A stretch of 64,000 nt of DNA. Origin: Phoronis australis (Eukaryota > Animalia > Phoronida). The notes under the pieces were generated by a model. The model was given only the letters and a program-made list of their open reading frames with translations, had not been told where the DNA came from and did no database searches. The position numbers were made by a program, and so were the translations under genes. Where the stretch lies: NCBI GenBank assembly GCA_002633005.1, contig NMRA01000952.1, forward strand, positions 1-64,000, given 5' to 3'. Each line of letters begins with the position of its first letter. Position 1 is the first letter of the stretch. Shown here piece by piece: positions 26,362 to 39,700 of the stretch.

Positions 26362-26913
26362 GAAGTTGAGAACGTCAGACTTGACTCAAGCATGTACTCA
26401 CGTGCAGGGATGTGTTTATCAACAATTCTGTTCTTTGACCGCTACGGTATGCGTACAACCTGGGTGTCGTGACGTAACACTCGTACAGGTCATTCTTGGC
26501 ATTTCCGCAAGTTCCAACGCATACCACTGTTCTCAGTGGTGGAATGAAAAGCAAAAACACTATATATCAGAATGAACTTGCCAGTCAGTTCAAATTCTGC
26601 AATAGGGGTCTAGGGTCATGACCATTGGCTGAAAGATCACATGTATATGTGCAGTATCCGATTTGGGGAACATCATCTCGCCAAATGCAACCTTTCAGAA
26701 GGATCCTCTCTTGGTAGCACTGATTGTGAGAATTGTCCCTTTGTCTTTCTATACATGTTAATCTGACACTGCCAAGTATTCACGAGAGAATGAGTTGAGA
26801 TTCAAAATTCATCAAAATTACAAAACATTCGTGAACAGCACAGCATCAAGCAATCGATCCAAACAACCGAAAATATGAAAAAGACAATAGGGTTGACAGT
26901 CTTCGAAAGGCTG

Positions 26914-27751
26914 TAAATGTTCTAAATGCCCCTTGACACCCTCGACCCCCACATCCCACGACCCCTTCGATGCACGACCCCCTCAACCTTCGACCCTTAC
27001 GACCCACGATCCCCTCGACCAACCACTTACAACTCCTTCGAACCAGTCTGCACAAGCTCGACTCGATCTGAAGATAGAATAAGCGCTTACTTGCAGGACC
27101 AATGAATTGGGCCGTGAGCTCGGCTGGTTTTTTCCTGTTTTTTTTTTGCAATTAAGAGAGTCGATTCCGCAAATTTGAAAGCAAAAAACAGAAAAAACGA
27201 CTAACTCAAATCAAAGAGCTACCAACGTTACAAGTGTCGCTCTCGCCAGAGTGTAATCGTCTCGTCTGCTCTTCAGCGAATGGCAGAGTCAACTTTTTCT
27301 ACGGAGAGTGCGAGGAACCGACAGAAATGTAATTTCATCAGTGAATACAGTTTGAAAAAAAAAACAATCTGTTAACTAAAAAGTATTTCAACATTAAATA
27401 GAGTATATTGTAACCGAGTTTAAAATAGAAAGTAAGGTACAAAAATGTGAAATTATGTACGTTCACGTTAACGTACTCTCCCCCTAAATTTAGCAGAACT
27501 GAACCATTGGTAGCCGCTCGTGGAACTATTTCAGTGACGATAGCGCGCTCACAAGGCGCTATTTCAGATCACGTTCTCACGTCACTTTCTGTTTTAAATC
27601 ACTAGACTTGAGCTAGAGCAGAATCGCGTGTAGGTAAGGTCTTATGGGAAAGTCACTCAGCGACGTAATAAGATCGCAGGTCGTGGGTCGAGGGGGTCGT
27701 GGGTCGAGGGGGTCGATGGGTTTGGGGGTTGAGAGGTTTTTAGAACAATCC
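26914..27751. mobile_element. MULE-like MITE, same family, opposite orientation to 11683-12404
   Basis: 9-bp flanks GAAAGGCTG / GAAAGGTTG; interior homologous to the 11683-12404 copy. Confidence 0.75.
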
Positions 27752-27831
27752 GAAAGGTTGGATGTTTGAAGAACGTGAAGACCACTATTTGTGAATTACA
27801 CAAAAGAACTATTTCCGATGGTTTTACAAAN

Positions 27832-28355
27832 GAATACAGTTTGAAAAAAAAAACAATCTGTTAACTAAAAAGTATTTCAACATAAAATAGAGTATGTTGT
27901 AAACGAGTTTAAAATAGAAAGTAAGGTATAAAAATGTGAAATTATGTACGTTCACGTTAACGTACTCTCCCCCTAAATTTAGCAGAACTGAACCATTGGT
28001 AGCCGCTCGTGGAACTATTTCAGTGACGATAGCGCGCTCACAATGCGCTATTTCAGAACACGTTCTCACGTCACTTTCTGTTTTAAATCACCAGACTTGA
28101 GCTAGAGCAGAATCGCGTGTAGGTAAGGTCTTATGGGAAAGTCACTCAGCGACGTAATAAGATCTTGGAATATGTAAAAAGCGTAAAAATACCTCTATTG
28201 CCACAGGTCGTGGGTCGAGGGGGTCGTGGGTCGAGGGGGTCGATGGATTTGGGGGTTGAGAGGTTTTTAGAACAATCCGAAAGGTTGGATGTTTGAAGAA
28301 CGTGAAGACCACTATTTGTGAATTACACAAAAGAACTATTTCCGATGGTTTTATA
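27832..28355 (+). repeat. Near-identical duplicate of 27344-27829 across N27831 (probable haplotype overlap)
   Basis: Direct duplication starting right after a single N; differs by a few SNPs and one roughly 36-bp indel. Confidence 0.8.
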
Positions 28356-28732
28356 AAATAATGTTATTTTCCCATAGTATAATAAGAATAGTTTTTCTTT
28401 TGAAGATCGTTACTATACAGGATTTCTTTGTAAGGAATTCCCACACGTGGAAAAGGCTGTCAGGGGTTACAATTTTGATGAACGTGTACATGTCTAACGG
28501 GGTTTCTCAAAGTACTAAAAGTTATTAAGGTTTAAACGTTTTTGGAGTTCAAGTTTAACTCAGGAATTGTAATACGTGCCTTAGAAATGAATAAAAATGC
28601 ACGTGAACACGACTGAATTCTGAAAACCTATTGGGGGACTTCCAAACCTCGTGAGATGCCCCTCCTCCAAGGTTTTGCCCACTTACCCATTGCTAGTCTT
28701 CGAGAAAGTTTTCGGGAATTGCTTATAACACA

Positions 28733-29048
28733 TTCTCATTTGAAATGAGCTTTTCTCAAATAAATGAGCTTCGAAAAAAGAACTTAAATTGAATACTTAA
28801 TAAGGCACTGTCCAGACAATACCACAATTTCAAATTCATTAATCGGTCTATCCTATGTATACATGCACATGTATATAGGATATACCACCAACATTATTCT
28901 TCTGAGTAGTATATCCTATATATATACGGGATAGGTCGATTAATGAATTTGCAAGTATGGTATTATCTGGCAATACCTTATTAAGTATTCAATTTAAGTC
29001 CTTTTTTCGAAGCTCATTTATTTGAGAAAAGCTCATTTCAAATGAGAA
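28733..29048. repeat. Foldback/palindromic element with about 150-bp arms
   Basis: TTCTCATTTGAAATGAGCTTTTCTCAAATAAATGAGCTTCGAAAAAAG.. is mirrored nearly perfectly at the right end. Confidence 0.85.
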
Positions 29049-30274
29049 GGACTTTTATTCTGTTTTGAAAAACAATGAATTTTTTGGTTTCTGATTTAAA
29101 CGTCTATGCATAGTGCTCGAGCTTCAATGAATAAATGTGCTGACCCGTCAGGCCAGTTGAACTTGAGACCACATCCACATAGAGCCTATATGTGAAAGTG
29201 TACTGGCCCGGCCACATATCCCAGGTCCCGGGCCACCGTGTATTTCGAACGCTGTTTATGCATCTACGAAAATTGACTGATTGACAGATGTTTTTTTTCC
29301 GATTTCTGAAAGAAATGACGATGCTTCAGTGAACTTAGTTGCACGCCATCTTTGGGAAAATTCTGTCTATCTTCCGATCCCCAAATAGCAAAGAAATCTG
29401 ATTGCGAACTTTGCTTTAGTCATAAATAAGTCTCAAGGATATTGATGGTTCTTCAAAACTGAATCGTTAGATCGCCATTTTCGTGAAGACTGACGCGTCG
29501 ACGTTCAAATGAGTAGGCCTGGAGCAGAATCTCAGTGAACCACGGAAACTGAATTTTAACTCATCCTGGCGTCAGTGGAAGTGTGTAGACCCTCTAAATC
29601 ATTTTCCTCAGACACCAAAAACTGGACTACCCGTGTTTCAACAAGGGATGTTGGCACTATAACAGGGACCCCTGGATGTCGCCCTTTCAAAAATACAGTC
29701 AAACAAATGTCCTCATAAGGCGAAGTGTTCCCAAACTGTATCATATTAATAAACTGAATATCCGTGAAGCTTTGATGGTCCATGTCGATTTGAGTAATCG
29801 TGACAGTTACCGTACATCCCCGGGATTCGCCCCCTCCTATGCCGTGGATGGTCGGTACAAATTTGGCGGCATCCGGAGACCGGAAGTGGTGGCGGAGGTG
29901 TGGTTTATGTCAGACGGGTTTTGTTCCCAACGGTAAATCGATGAAATGTGAATTTCCTGTTAGAATGCACAATTGTGCAAGCTTACATGTGGGTTTGATT
30001 ACATTTAGTTCATGCTTGGCTTAAAGACATCGACGCTAAAACGGTATCTGAAGACGATGAGGAAATTATAGCTCCATCTAGTGGTTTTGTAGTGGTAAGC
30101 TGCTGAGCCGGAGGGGTTAGTAATAAATGTTAATTACCTGCGGGAAGAAGCAGAATCGCCCAAAACAAAGCGAACAGTGTGCAAGTCATGATCAAGGTTT
30201 TGTGGGTACCACGTGACTTGGGTGAGTATTATGACGTAATAAGTATGTATCAACCAATTATTATCAAACCTAAA

Positions 30275-30280
30275 TTTATT
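30275..30280 (-). terminator. Candidate polyadenylation signal AATAAA for the SLC23 gene
   Basis: AATAAA about 55 nt downstream of the stop codon on the minus strand. Confidence 0.35.
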
Positions 30281-30335
30281 TGTTCTAGACTTCGCGAGAG
30301 TAAAAATGTATGTCACAGCCGTGATGTTTCTGTAG

Positions 30336-30718
30336 TTACAATTCCGTGTTCTTAGCGTGACGTCTTGCGTCCGTANGGCGCTCTGCGTGGTTACCGTGAT
30401 TGAGGACGTTTGGAGCAATTGGTGTGAAGTCGCCGTTTACATCAAGTTCTGGTGTTTTGCCACCATCTTCAGAATCTCCCATTACCCGGGCACGACGGCA
30501 TGGTCGACAACTAGCTCCACAAGAGGACCGATTAGTCTGATGGAAAGTTGGCGAAAACGGAATGTGCCGACATATTTTCCAGCCCCTTAAAAATTTCATG
30601 ATATATGGCAGTTCGTAAATATGATGCTCCGGATCTTTATCTGGTGGCGTCGTTGCCTCCTCGTCGCCCTCCACCACTTGTTGACGCCATTTCAAAATGC
30701 CTCTTTCTTCGTCACTAC
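30336..30718 (-). CDS. SLC23 last coding exon (GSDEERGILKW..YELP..IPFSPTF..KNTEL*)
   Basis: Conserved SLC23 C-terminal motifs; ACAG acceptor; TAA stop at 30336. Confidence 0.93.
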
Positions 30719-33700
30719 CTGTTTGTAAAATAAGAATCATACCTGTGTAAAACCTCTGAGACAGTAAACCTTTTTTCAAAAAGTTGCACGAAACTCTGTT
30801 TTTTTCATTTACGGTCATAAACGCGACATATTTGTTTCGGATACAAGCTTATCCCTTGTCCTGTTTTATATGCTTGCCATTTCAACTGAAGCGGATTGCA
30901 GTATATGCTCACCTTTTTCTGTTACGTATCGGTTAGATGTCTCAACCTGGTCCAGTTAACGTTGTAAAGAGTCGCCTATTTGAGCAAATTTGTTTTGGGG
31001 CAAGAGTGTTGCATGCAGTCGCAGAAAGTATCAGGAGTGGTCAAAAGAATGCTACTGTTATGACCAATTTGCATACACGTAATATTGTGAAGTGGCATAG
31101 AACGCGAAAAACAAACTGAAGTGCATTATTCAAAAAGGTTCTGTTCCAGAGATTTCAAACTGTTTACCTGGTATTTTTGCGGTTTATCTTGAATTTCTGT
31201 TGATGTCAAAACGTTTTTCATTTATTTTCAAATTAAAAAACATCTGTCACGTGCTCTTTACTTCGTCAATTTTTGTCCCACAAAGCAAAGCACGTCACGT
31301 TAAAAACCATGGGGTCAAACTTGTTTACATGTACTTGTGGTGTTTTCATGTACTTTTGGATGTTTACCTCTTTTGTTCTGGGGTCAATATACTGTTGGAA
31401 ATTTCTGATATTAGACTGTAATTGCACTGCCCCTCACTCAAAGGGGTTGCAAACGATTGCACGGCCGCGCCTCTGGATTTCAGTTGCGATTCTTTTAACT
31501 TCAGTACCGGAAACGAAATCAACAAGTCACGCTAGAAATTCCATGCCCGTGACCCTTAACTTGGCACACGCTAGGAAACACTATAAACCCAGGACAATCA
31601 CCATAACCAAAGTCTACATTCCAAACCCTAGCATGGCAACGATCTCGCACACGGGTCAAGTCTTAGTACTCGAAATCGAAATCGAACTTGTTGGCATTTT
31701 CTTTTGCGAACTACATGTAAAGATATGTATCATTTAGTATGTGTTTGGGTACATTATGGTTTACGCAAATGAGTTTCTAGTCCCAAGTTTGCACCTCATT
31801 GCCCCTAGACTCGATCTACAAACTCGAGTAAAACTCGATCTTAAAATATGTGGCAATGCAACATACAGGTTGTACATGTACACTGGTTCCGTGATCAAAC
31901 TCTGGGTGGAAATATTGATTGACACTTAGGATGGTCCTCACCTGGCACTGTGTTGTCAAGAAGACATCCCACGAATCCACCAACAAACATAGAGGTGCTG
32001 AGCAAAACCGTCAATGCATTGTCTAGTTCAGCATTACCTGAAAGGTGTAGAGAGAAAGAGCTGAATAAAACTGCAAATGGCTTCAGACTGCACAAAATGT
32101 ACAGGACTGTTCTATTAGCGAGTTTGATAGCAATACTAAGCCTAAGGCGAGAACACGTAAATAAAGCGATTCTCCAGAAGTCAACGTCCTAGCGAAGGAA
32201 ATTTCGCAAAAATAAAAAGAACTTGTTTCTTTCTGTTTTCCTTCTGCGTAATCACAACATATTTTCACGTGTCCAGCCTTATGTTACAGTATCTTGGCCA
32301 CTAGCGTAATTAGTCGGTGACGTTGCGCATTGAGTTATGGGATTAGAATTACTCTTTCCGTTCCATAAGCGAAGAACGTTCGTCTCAAGTGAAGCACAGA
32401 TATCTTGGGTCCAGAAAACACAGTCCCGAGGTAGGCCTGTTCATCGAGGAACATCCGAAATGACGTACCTGTTTTGATAATCCCAGGATGGGCGCTCAGC
32501 CAGTTGGGTAGCATCATACCCAGCATAAGAGAAAGACCCAATATGCACTGGTTCCTGCAATAAATGACTGGACAATAGGTTATGCATTTAGGAAGAGAGT
32601 GACAGGACCAATATGCACTGGTTCCTGCAATAAATGACTGGACAATAGGTTATGCATTTAGGAAGAGAGAGACAGGCCCAATGTGCACTGGTTCCTGCAA
32701 TAAATGGCAATCGATTATTGCGCTTATGAAGTTTTATTTAATCTATAAGTGTTGATTTACACTTTGCCTGGTGTTTTTATACTCCATGCGTAGATTTTAT
32801 TCACGAAGGGAAACTTCAATGCTTCGAAGAAAATTTGTCAGCCTGAGCCCAAACAACGGCAAGGGGATGGTGTTCATTTGTGGTCATGTTTTCAAAAAAA
32901 CAGCCACTTGTGCTCCTAAATCTGGCCATTGGAGTACACAGTAAGATGCAGCAAAACTGCTTCGACTTCAGAAAAGGAAAACTCAGAAACGGTGGTGGTA
33001 ATAATTCTAGAGGTATACAAATAGGTAGACTAACTCCATATAAATATACTTACTCGGCGGAAAGAAGTTCTATTCGAAAGTTTGGATCAAACGATTACAT
33101 AAATTTAAATCAGTAAGCCTCAATCTGAGACTTTCTATTTACATACATGTACGTGTAATGTGAAGCGCAATGAAAGTGACTTAGACGAAACGTGTTGAAG
33201 GTTTGTGGCCGAAAGATTCGTTTATGAAATATGCGCAAGAGATAATATCATTGATATAACGCAGGGAGTTTAAACGTGCCCTAAATTTGTAACCGACGCA
33301 GACATGTTGAAAGTACAAGCTTCAGCTAAGGCGCTCGGAGACACTTATTAACTGAATAATGTAATTACCTTAGTCTTAGTATCACTGAAAATTTAACAGC
33401 TGGAAGTAGAACGACGTATTTATTGCTAAAGATGTTAAAAATTCGTAAAATCCGATAAATACCTTGATGACGATAGGTGGAGGTACTGCAACGTTGACAC
33501 GCCCACAGCCGACACCATTCCAAAGCTGATGACGATCACCCCTCCGAGGACAGGCTCAGGCAACATAGTTAACACAGCACCAAATTTCCCAATGCAGCCA
33601 CAAACAACAAAGATTAATGCAGAGAACTGAAACGCACGGCGACTACCAACCTAAAGTACAAAGCAATAGGACGTTTCTCAAAAATAATCTACACATACCT

Positions 33701-36700
33701 GTTACACAGCTACAGCGTGCCATTAAAATACACTTCATCAACGAATCACGTTTTGTAGTGCATTTGACGAATTGATTTTCCAGAATTTTGAATTGCTGAG
33801 TTATTGCAACTGAACGTTTCGTGAATGATTTGCAAAGCACCAGACACACCGTACATAATTTACACGTACAAAATGAGTTTCAGTTAGTTTCAGTATTGGA
33901 GAAAAGGCCATCGTTTGGGTCTTTCTTTCCTTTTCCATTTTGTAACAGTTATTGAAACTTTACCAAATGAAGCTGACTACCTTGGTGAAACCAATAGCGC
34001 CGATATTCTGACTGTAAGATGTCGTGGCCCCACCTGATCCAAATGCTCCGGAGAGTATGCTTCCGATGCCTTCCACGGCAATTCCCCTGTTGACTGCATG
34101 CGGAGGAGGTGGAGGCACTTGACAAATTTTTGCGCATGCGTAGTAATCGCCAACAGACTCGATGATTGACGTAAACGTGGCGGCCATCATAGCCACGTAA
34201 CCGGAGACGCTGACTGTAGGTATTCCCCACTGCCCTATGCGTAAAAAAATAATAAATGTTGTTTGTTTCTGTAAGGTCGCATTTTGAAAACATATATGCA
34301 TATTGAAAACGCGCTATCAAAGAACTTCGAAATCAATACACAGCATGAATTTATGTTCTGTCATTTTGAAATCTTTAACCTGAAAAAGATGGCTTGAAAC
34401 ACACCATAGTCGTCAATTTGCCACTTTTACACTTCCGTTTGAGCTTTCCTCTCTCTCTCTNAACTATAACGCCTATTTTTTCTTGTTGGTCACTTTTCAT
34501 CATCACTAAAGAGTGTGCTAATTGCATGCACTTTAGATATCTAGAAACGCTGTCACACATTTTCTGAAAAAAAATCAAATTCGTCTCTGTTTACTTCAAA
34601 ACTGCCAGGTCAAATCCCCAATTTTTAACACAAACCTGTTATTTACGGACTGTAGGAGACAAACATGTAGCAGTTTCGTTCAACATTATACTACATGTAC
34701 ATTGCGATAAATAATACATTAATAAAGTCTTCCTAAATTCCATAAGTTTTCCACAAAAAGCCTTGTTCGTTAAAACGGAAAGACTTCGTAGGAATTATGA
34801 ATTCCATGTACAGTGAAATCGTTGTATTCTTTCCAAACCGAGGTTACGTGGCGACGTGCTTGAACACATGTATGAATGCAGCCGTGTAATTCTTTTCATT
34901 TGTTCCCGTATAATAAAGTCGAAACGGATGTCGGACCCAAGAACACGACAGCTTGCGTATCTGAACAGCTTCGGCTCACCATAACTTATTCCATAAACTT
35001 TGAGCGACCAGTCTCCTAACTTTACCTGGGTACGGGAAAAAGAACCAGCCTGTATTATTAAGTGCGTCTAGTCGGGCGTCTGTCCGTGCGTAGTACCCAG
35101 ATGTCTGATTCCTGTCGTTGTCGGGGAAGACGTTGGCCGCGGTAAGTATAGCGCAGAGAGACCAAGCGATAGCTATTGACAGAATAACCTAGGGAAGAAG
35201 GATTAGTTGTCAGTGAACGTCTTAGGTGAGGCTTTGTAAAACTTGTTTAATCTTAGACTATTGATTGAGAATGGACTGTCCGTCTTGGCAGCTAACACCT
35301 CAATGTAGGACCCTCATTGCAACTTCCAGCGAACATATCGCTAAATAGGGCATAAAAGGAAGATAGATTACAACATGGATAAATTGGTACTTGTGCGCAC
35401 CTGAGACGGTATCTAATCGTCGACAAGAAAGGAAATCAATCTATACAACAGCCAGAAGGAGTCAACGCACAGAATGCTTGCTCACGTGACTTGAAAAATC
35501 AGAAACTATTACAAACTTACCGAGATAAGTTTGAAAATCGGATATCGGATCACGTGACACTTTTCTTTAACGGAAAACCCTGGCAACGGAACCTTGACGT
35601 CGCTTACATATAGAGAAAAGAACAGAACGCTGCATACTGTTCTGAAAAAGAAGCAAACAATTGAGCATCTGGATCGTCAAACAAAAATGAGCATTAGGCT
35701 GGCAAAACAAAATTTAAAATGTTCAGAAAGTGACTACTGCGTAGTTCGGGAGTACCTAAAGATTCATTGATTAATGTATACAATCATACATGTACTCATA
35801 AAACACTTTCTGACGAAGTAAGCTATATGAAACTTCCGCGCACGGGAGCACGTGAACACACTTCATTAGCTCTTCCCAGTAGTGTCTACCTAGGTTTTAC
35901 TAGAGCATCATCTGTAGTTCCAGGTGAATTATGTTTGACCACAACATACAGTGGAGACACAGGTTGTTCCGCAATAAGTCACCACCTATAAAATTGATAT
36001 CAGTTTGCTACCCACGTTGTTCCAAAACAACGTGGTTACCTCTCAAGACGGCTATGTGGTTTCCGTGAGCAAGCCAGAGAAAATCCATGGAGTCGAAACC
36101 GCATCTTCATCATTAGCCGATAGATGGAGAGTACGATCTCTAATTTACACGGGTAATTTGTTAAAGGTTGAGCAAGATATACTTACAGAGCAGCTATCCC
36201 CCACTGTTCCTCACAGTAATCTGTGGCCACAGTAAAGAGTGAAAGACCGACCAATGAAATAGTTGGCGCTATCGTAAGAGGGCCGATGAATCTGACGATA
36301 AAGCCCAACAACCCTGTGCAGCCAATCACAACTTGAGTAAGAGACGCGAGCATGATGCTACCTTGAATCTGTGAAACAACAACACCTGTGAACGGTCATT
36401 ATTTACAAAGCAGTTTCAGCTTCATTTTTTCTGTACTAAGTTGGCACTAGCCTCGTATTCAAATTACACTACTTCCCTGCTTATGAAAGTGGCTGGTTCT
36501 GTCGCACGATCATGGTTGAAATGTGCATGTCTGCGTTAAATTCACTTGCAACTTGGCGGTATTTTGCAGCAAATAGCACAAATTCATACACGCACGTACA
36601 CGCACATACAGAATAGGTTACTAAACTGGCTGTAGATACCCCGAGAGGTACATGTAGATGATTTGAAAGGAATGAACGAATAGTATTCGGTATTGCAATG

Positions 36701-39700
36701 CAACGAAAACACGTCGCAATTTTACCTCTCTTAATCTGCTTTTCCAAACTTCACTTTCTTCTGAAAAAACAAACCAACGTAAAACAAAGGGGAAGATAAG
36801 ATACATAAATAGGTTCTCAGAAACTGACTTCAACGTGAACAAGAAATGACATCAATGGCGACGTCTTGGCAGTCTTATTGCCGTTCATAATTTACAAGAC
36901 CGAGATAAGTACCTGTAGTTAATACGCCCTCGACTACAAACCAAATGGTCTGCGTCAAAGCCGTTGTACAACTTTAATTGTACAACGGTTTTGAAGCAGA
37001 CGCACATGTTCTTCCATGAAAAAATACGGTTTTGATAGAACAAAAACTACCTAAGTTAGTGTTAGTGTTAGAGCATTCGGCAATTCTTTGTATTCTAGGG
37101 AGCTCTCTCGGAAACGTTTTCTCTAAAAGATTCTGTGATGTACAAAAAGCCACCAAAGGGACTCTTTCGAAAAAAAATGGTGGGAGATTTTCGGAAAATT
37201 TTATTGTATACCATAGCGCTCCCATTCAGCAGTGGGCTTCGATATTGCTATGCACTGTATGAGGGAGTGAGATTACATAATCCAACCCAGCGAATAGGCA
37301 CTGAATGAGGCGAGTTGTTTCTACCTGGGAACAAATCTAATGATGTCAGGAGCAGAATGACACCGGTTTTAGTTCTGTAAGTTTTGTTTTGCTACTCTCT
37401 TCGTCTGCTGACGTACATGTAGCGCTTGATGGTCATGGCCTATGAGGTAATTCCAGTGACGATGTAATTGGTTTTCAATAGAATACCAGAGAACGTTTTA
37501 GTAGTTACAGTACGTGAGTGATTGATATAAAACCTTAGAGCAGCCCCTGGTACCGGTATATATTTGCAGAACGACTGGGTGAAGTTACAATTGAGGTACA
37601 GTTAAGTCTTAAACATTGCTAATCAAATGCCAATGACCTTAAACTGTGGACAAATTAAAACCCAGGGTTAGACAATAGAGAACCAGCTAAAGAGACAGCA
37701 GATTATTGAATCAACGAGTTTCAATGTTAACAGTTAACGGAAGTATACCAGAAGTTCACCACAAGTCAAAACTTCATAGTGCCGGCTGGAGTATAGAACA
37801 GACTTTAGGGCTGACGTTTTGTTTGCGAAGACTTGTGAACGTACGGTCAAGAAAGGTGGTTCACTCTAATCTGTGGCCACTCTAACATCGCACCAAACTT
37901 ATTAGCTCTAGTCAGTGACCACCTGCGCCGTGCTATCCATGGTGTAAAACGTGACAAAAGCCCTTAAAGTGTGAACCCACATTTTGATAAATTCACGGCA
38001 AAACTTATTTTAATTCTCAGGTGGGATGATTGTATTTAGGATGTTTCTAAAACCCTCGATCCCCTCGACTCCCACAGCCCTGGATCCCCTAGACCCACCA
38101 TCCCCTCGACCCACATCCCCTTCGAACCACAACCCCCTCGACCCACGACCTCCTTAACTCTTGACCCCCTTCCCCGACCCACGACCTGTGGCAGTAGAGG
38201 TATTTTTGCGCTTTTTACATATTTCGTAATCTTATTACGTTGCTGAATGACTTTCCTTGAAGACGTGGTGGACGCACATTCACGTAGTAAGAAAATCGAA
38301 GACTTGTATGAAAAAACTCCGATTCTCAGTTGAACGTTGGGCATTTCATCATGATTCATGCTTCATTGTCGCCGATTTTGTCTCTTTATTGTAATTATTC
38401 AGTGTCATTTATCTGTCTGTCGTTAAAGACATTTAATGCATTTTACCCCTTTTGAAAAATAATCTTGCGTGGGAGGTGCACCTGGGAAGCTGGGGGCTAT
38501 AGCCCCCACTTATTTCACTGCTGCACAGCCCATGCCTTGATGTAAGAAATTCGAATTTTGAGTTGTTACAGCGGACTAACACATTAGTGTACTCTCTGAC
38601 TCCGCGCAGCAGGTCTCGTTCAGATGGAGCGCGTAGCAGCTCGCGTGCCAACTTTCCCGCCAGCTGTAGCGGCAGTTTGGTGCGCCAAACTGAAAAATGC
38701 TTCGCGATTCCTGTCCATCGTCGGCATTTCTGTGCTGCCGGGGACAAAAGGACCATCGGCCAGTTTCCGTGCCTTGGAGGCCCGTTTGCCGTTTCTCTCA
38801 GAAAGGAGCGTTGTTCCTGGTTCTACTACATATGCATTGTTTATGGTGCGTTTGAAACGTGTAGCTGTTTGCTGCTAATTGTGCCGATTTGTACAGCTGT
38901 ACAGACCCAACGAAGACGATAACCTGACGGAGCCGAACCCGGCCTTGGGTCGAGGGGGTTGTGTGTCGATGGGGCTGTGGGTCGAGGGGGTTGTGGGACA
39001 AGGAGATCGATGTTGTGGGGATCGAAGAGGTCGTGGGTCGAAGAGGTTGTAGGTAGAGGGGTGTGGGGATCGAGGGGGTTTTAGAACTATCCTTGCATTT
39101 ACTGTCACGGGGAGTCGAGAAAACGTCAATCATGGACTGATCACATCAGCCTGATTCCACTTTATTGGTAATTTGGATACTACAAGAGCAGTCTGTTGAC
39201 AAGACAGTAATTAACTGGAAATATATCAAGGATCCTTTGAAGCACCAAAATTGTGAAAACGATATATGTTTCTTCTATTTCTTCCCCACTTTCCCGAAAT
39301 GCAACTTAACACTCAAAGAACCCCAAGGGAGGCTTTTTGGCCATTGTTCTTGAAATAGTTCTAACGGGGATTTATGTTGGAAGGGACATTTTCGCGTGTT
39401 TTTAATGTGTTTTGCCCAAGTATTTTCGTTCAAGATTTCAATGTTAAGGCATATGCAAGGCTTCGTCACCAACCGTTTTAGCGGTATATTTCAGTATATG
39501 ATAAACACAGCGAGATCGCTCACCGTTGTCAAAATGCATGCCAATCCAGTAAGACATCAAAACAAACATCCCCAAACTTACAAAACGCCACGTTTTCCCT
39601 ACCGTCTGCGTGCAAGCTTCCTCTGCGCGGACACGTCCACTGTTCCAAACTCATTAAAGCAGCTGTAGCTGGTATAAACTTGTGGCAGCCTCCTTGGATG

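Noticed and set aside
27344-28355. Roughly 500-bp direct duplication as a real tandem duplication or LTR pair
   Set aside because: The junction coincides with a single N at 27831; uncollapsed haplotype overlap at a contig join is the simpler explanation.
35808-35860. CTGACGA..GAAAC hammerhead-ribozyme-like core
   Set aside because: Stem II and stem I do not pair convincingly, and the NUH cleavage triplet is absent.
38433-39133. Cluster of 84-119-aa ORFs
   Set aside because: They lie in GC-rich MITE arms and interior; no recognisable protein motifs.
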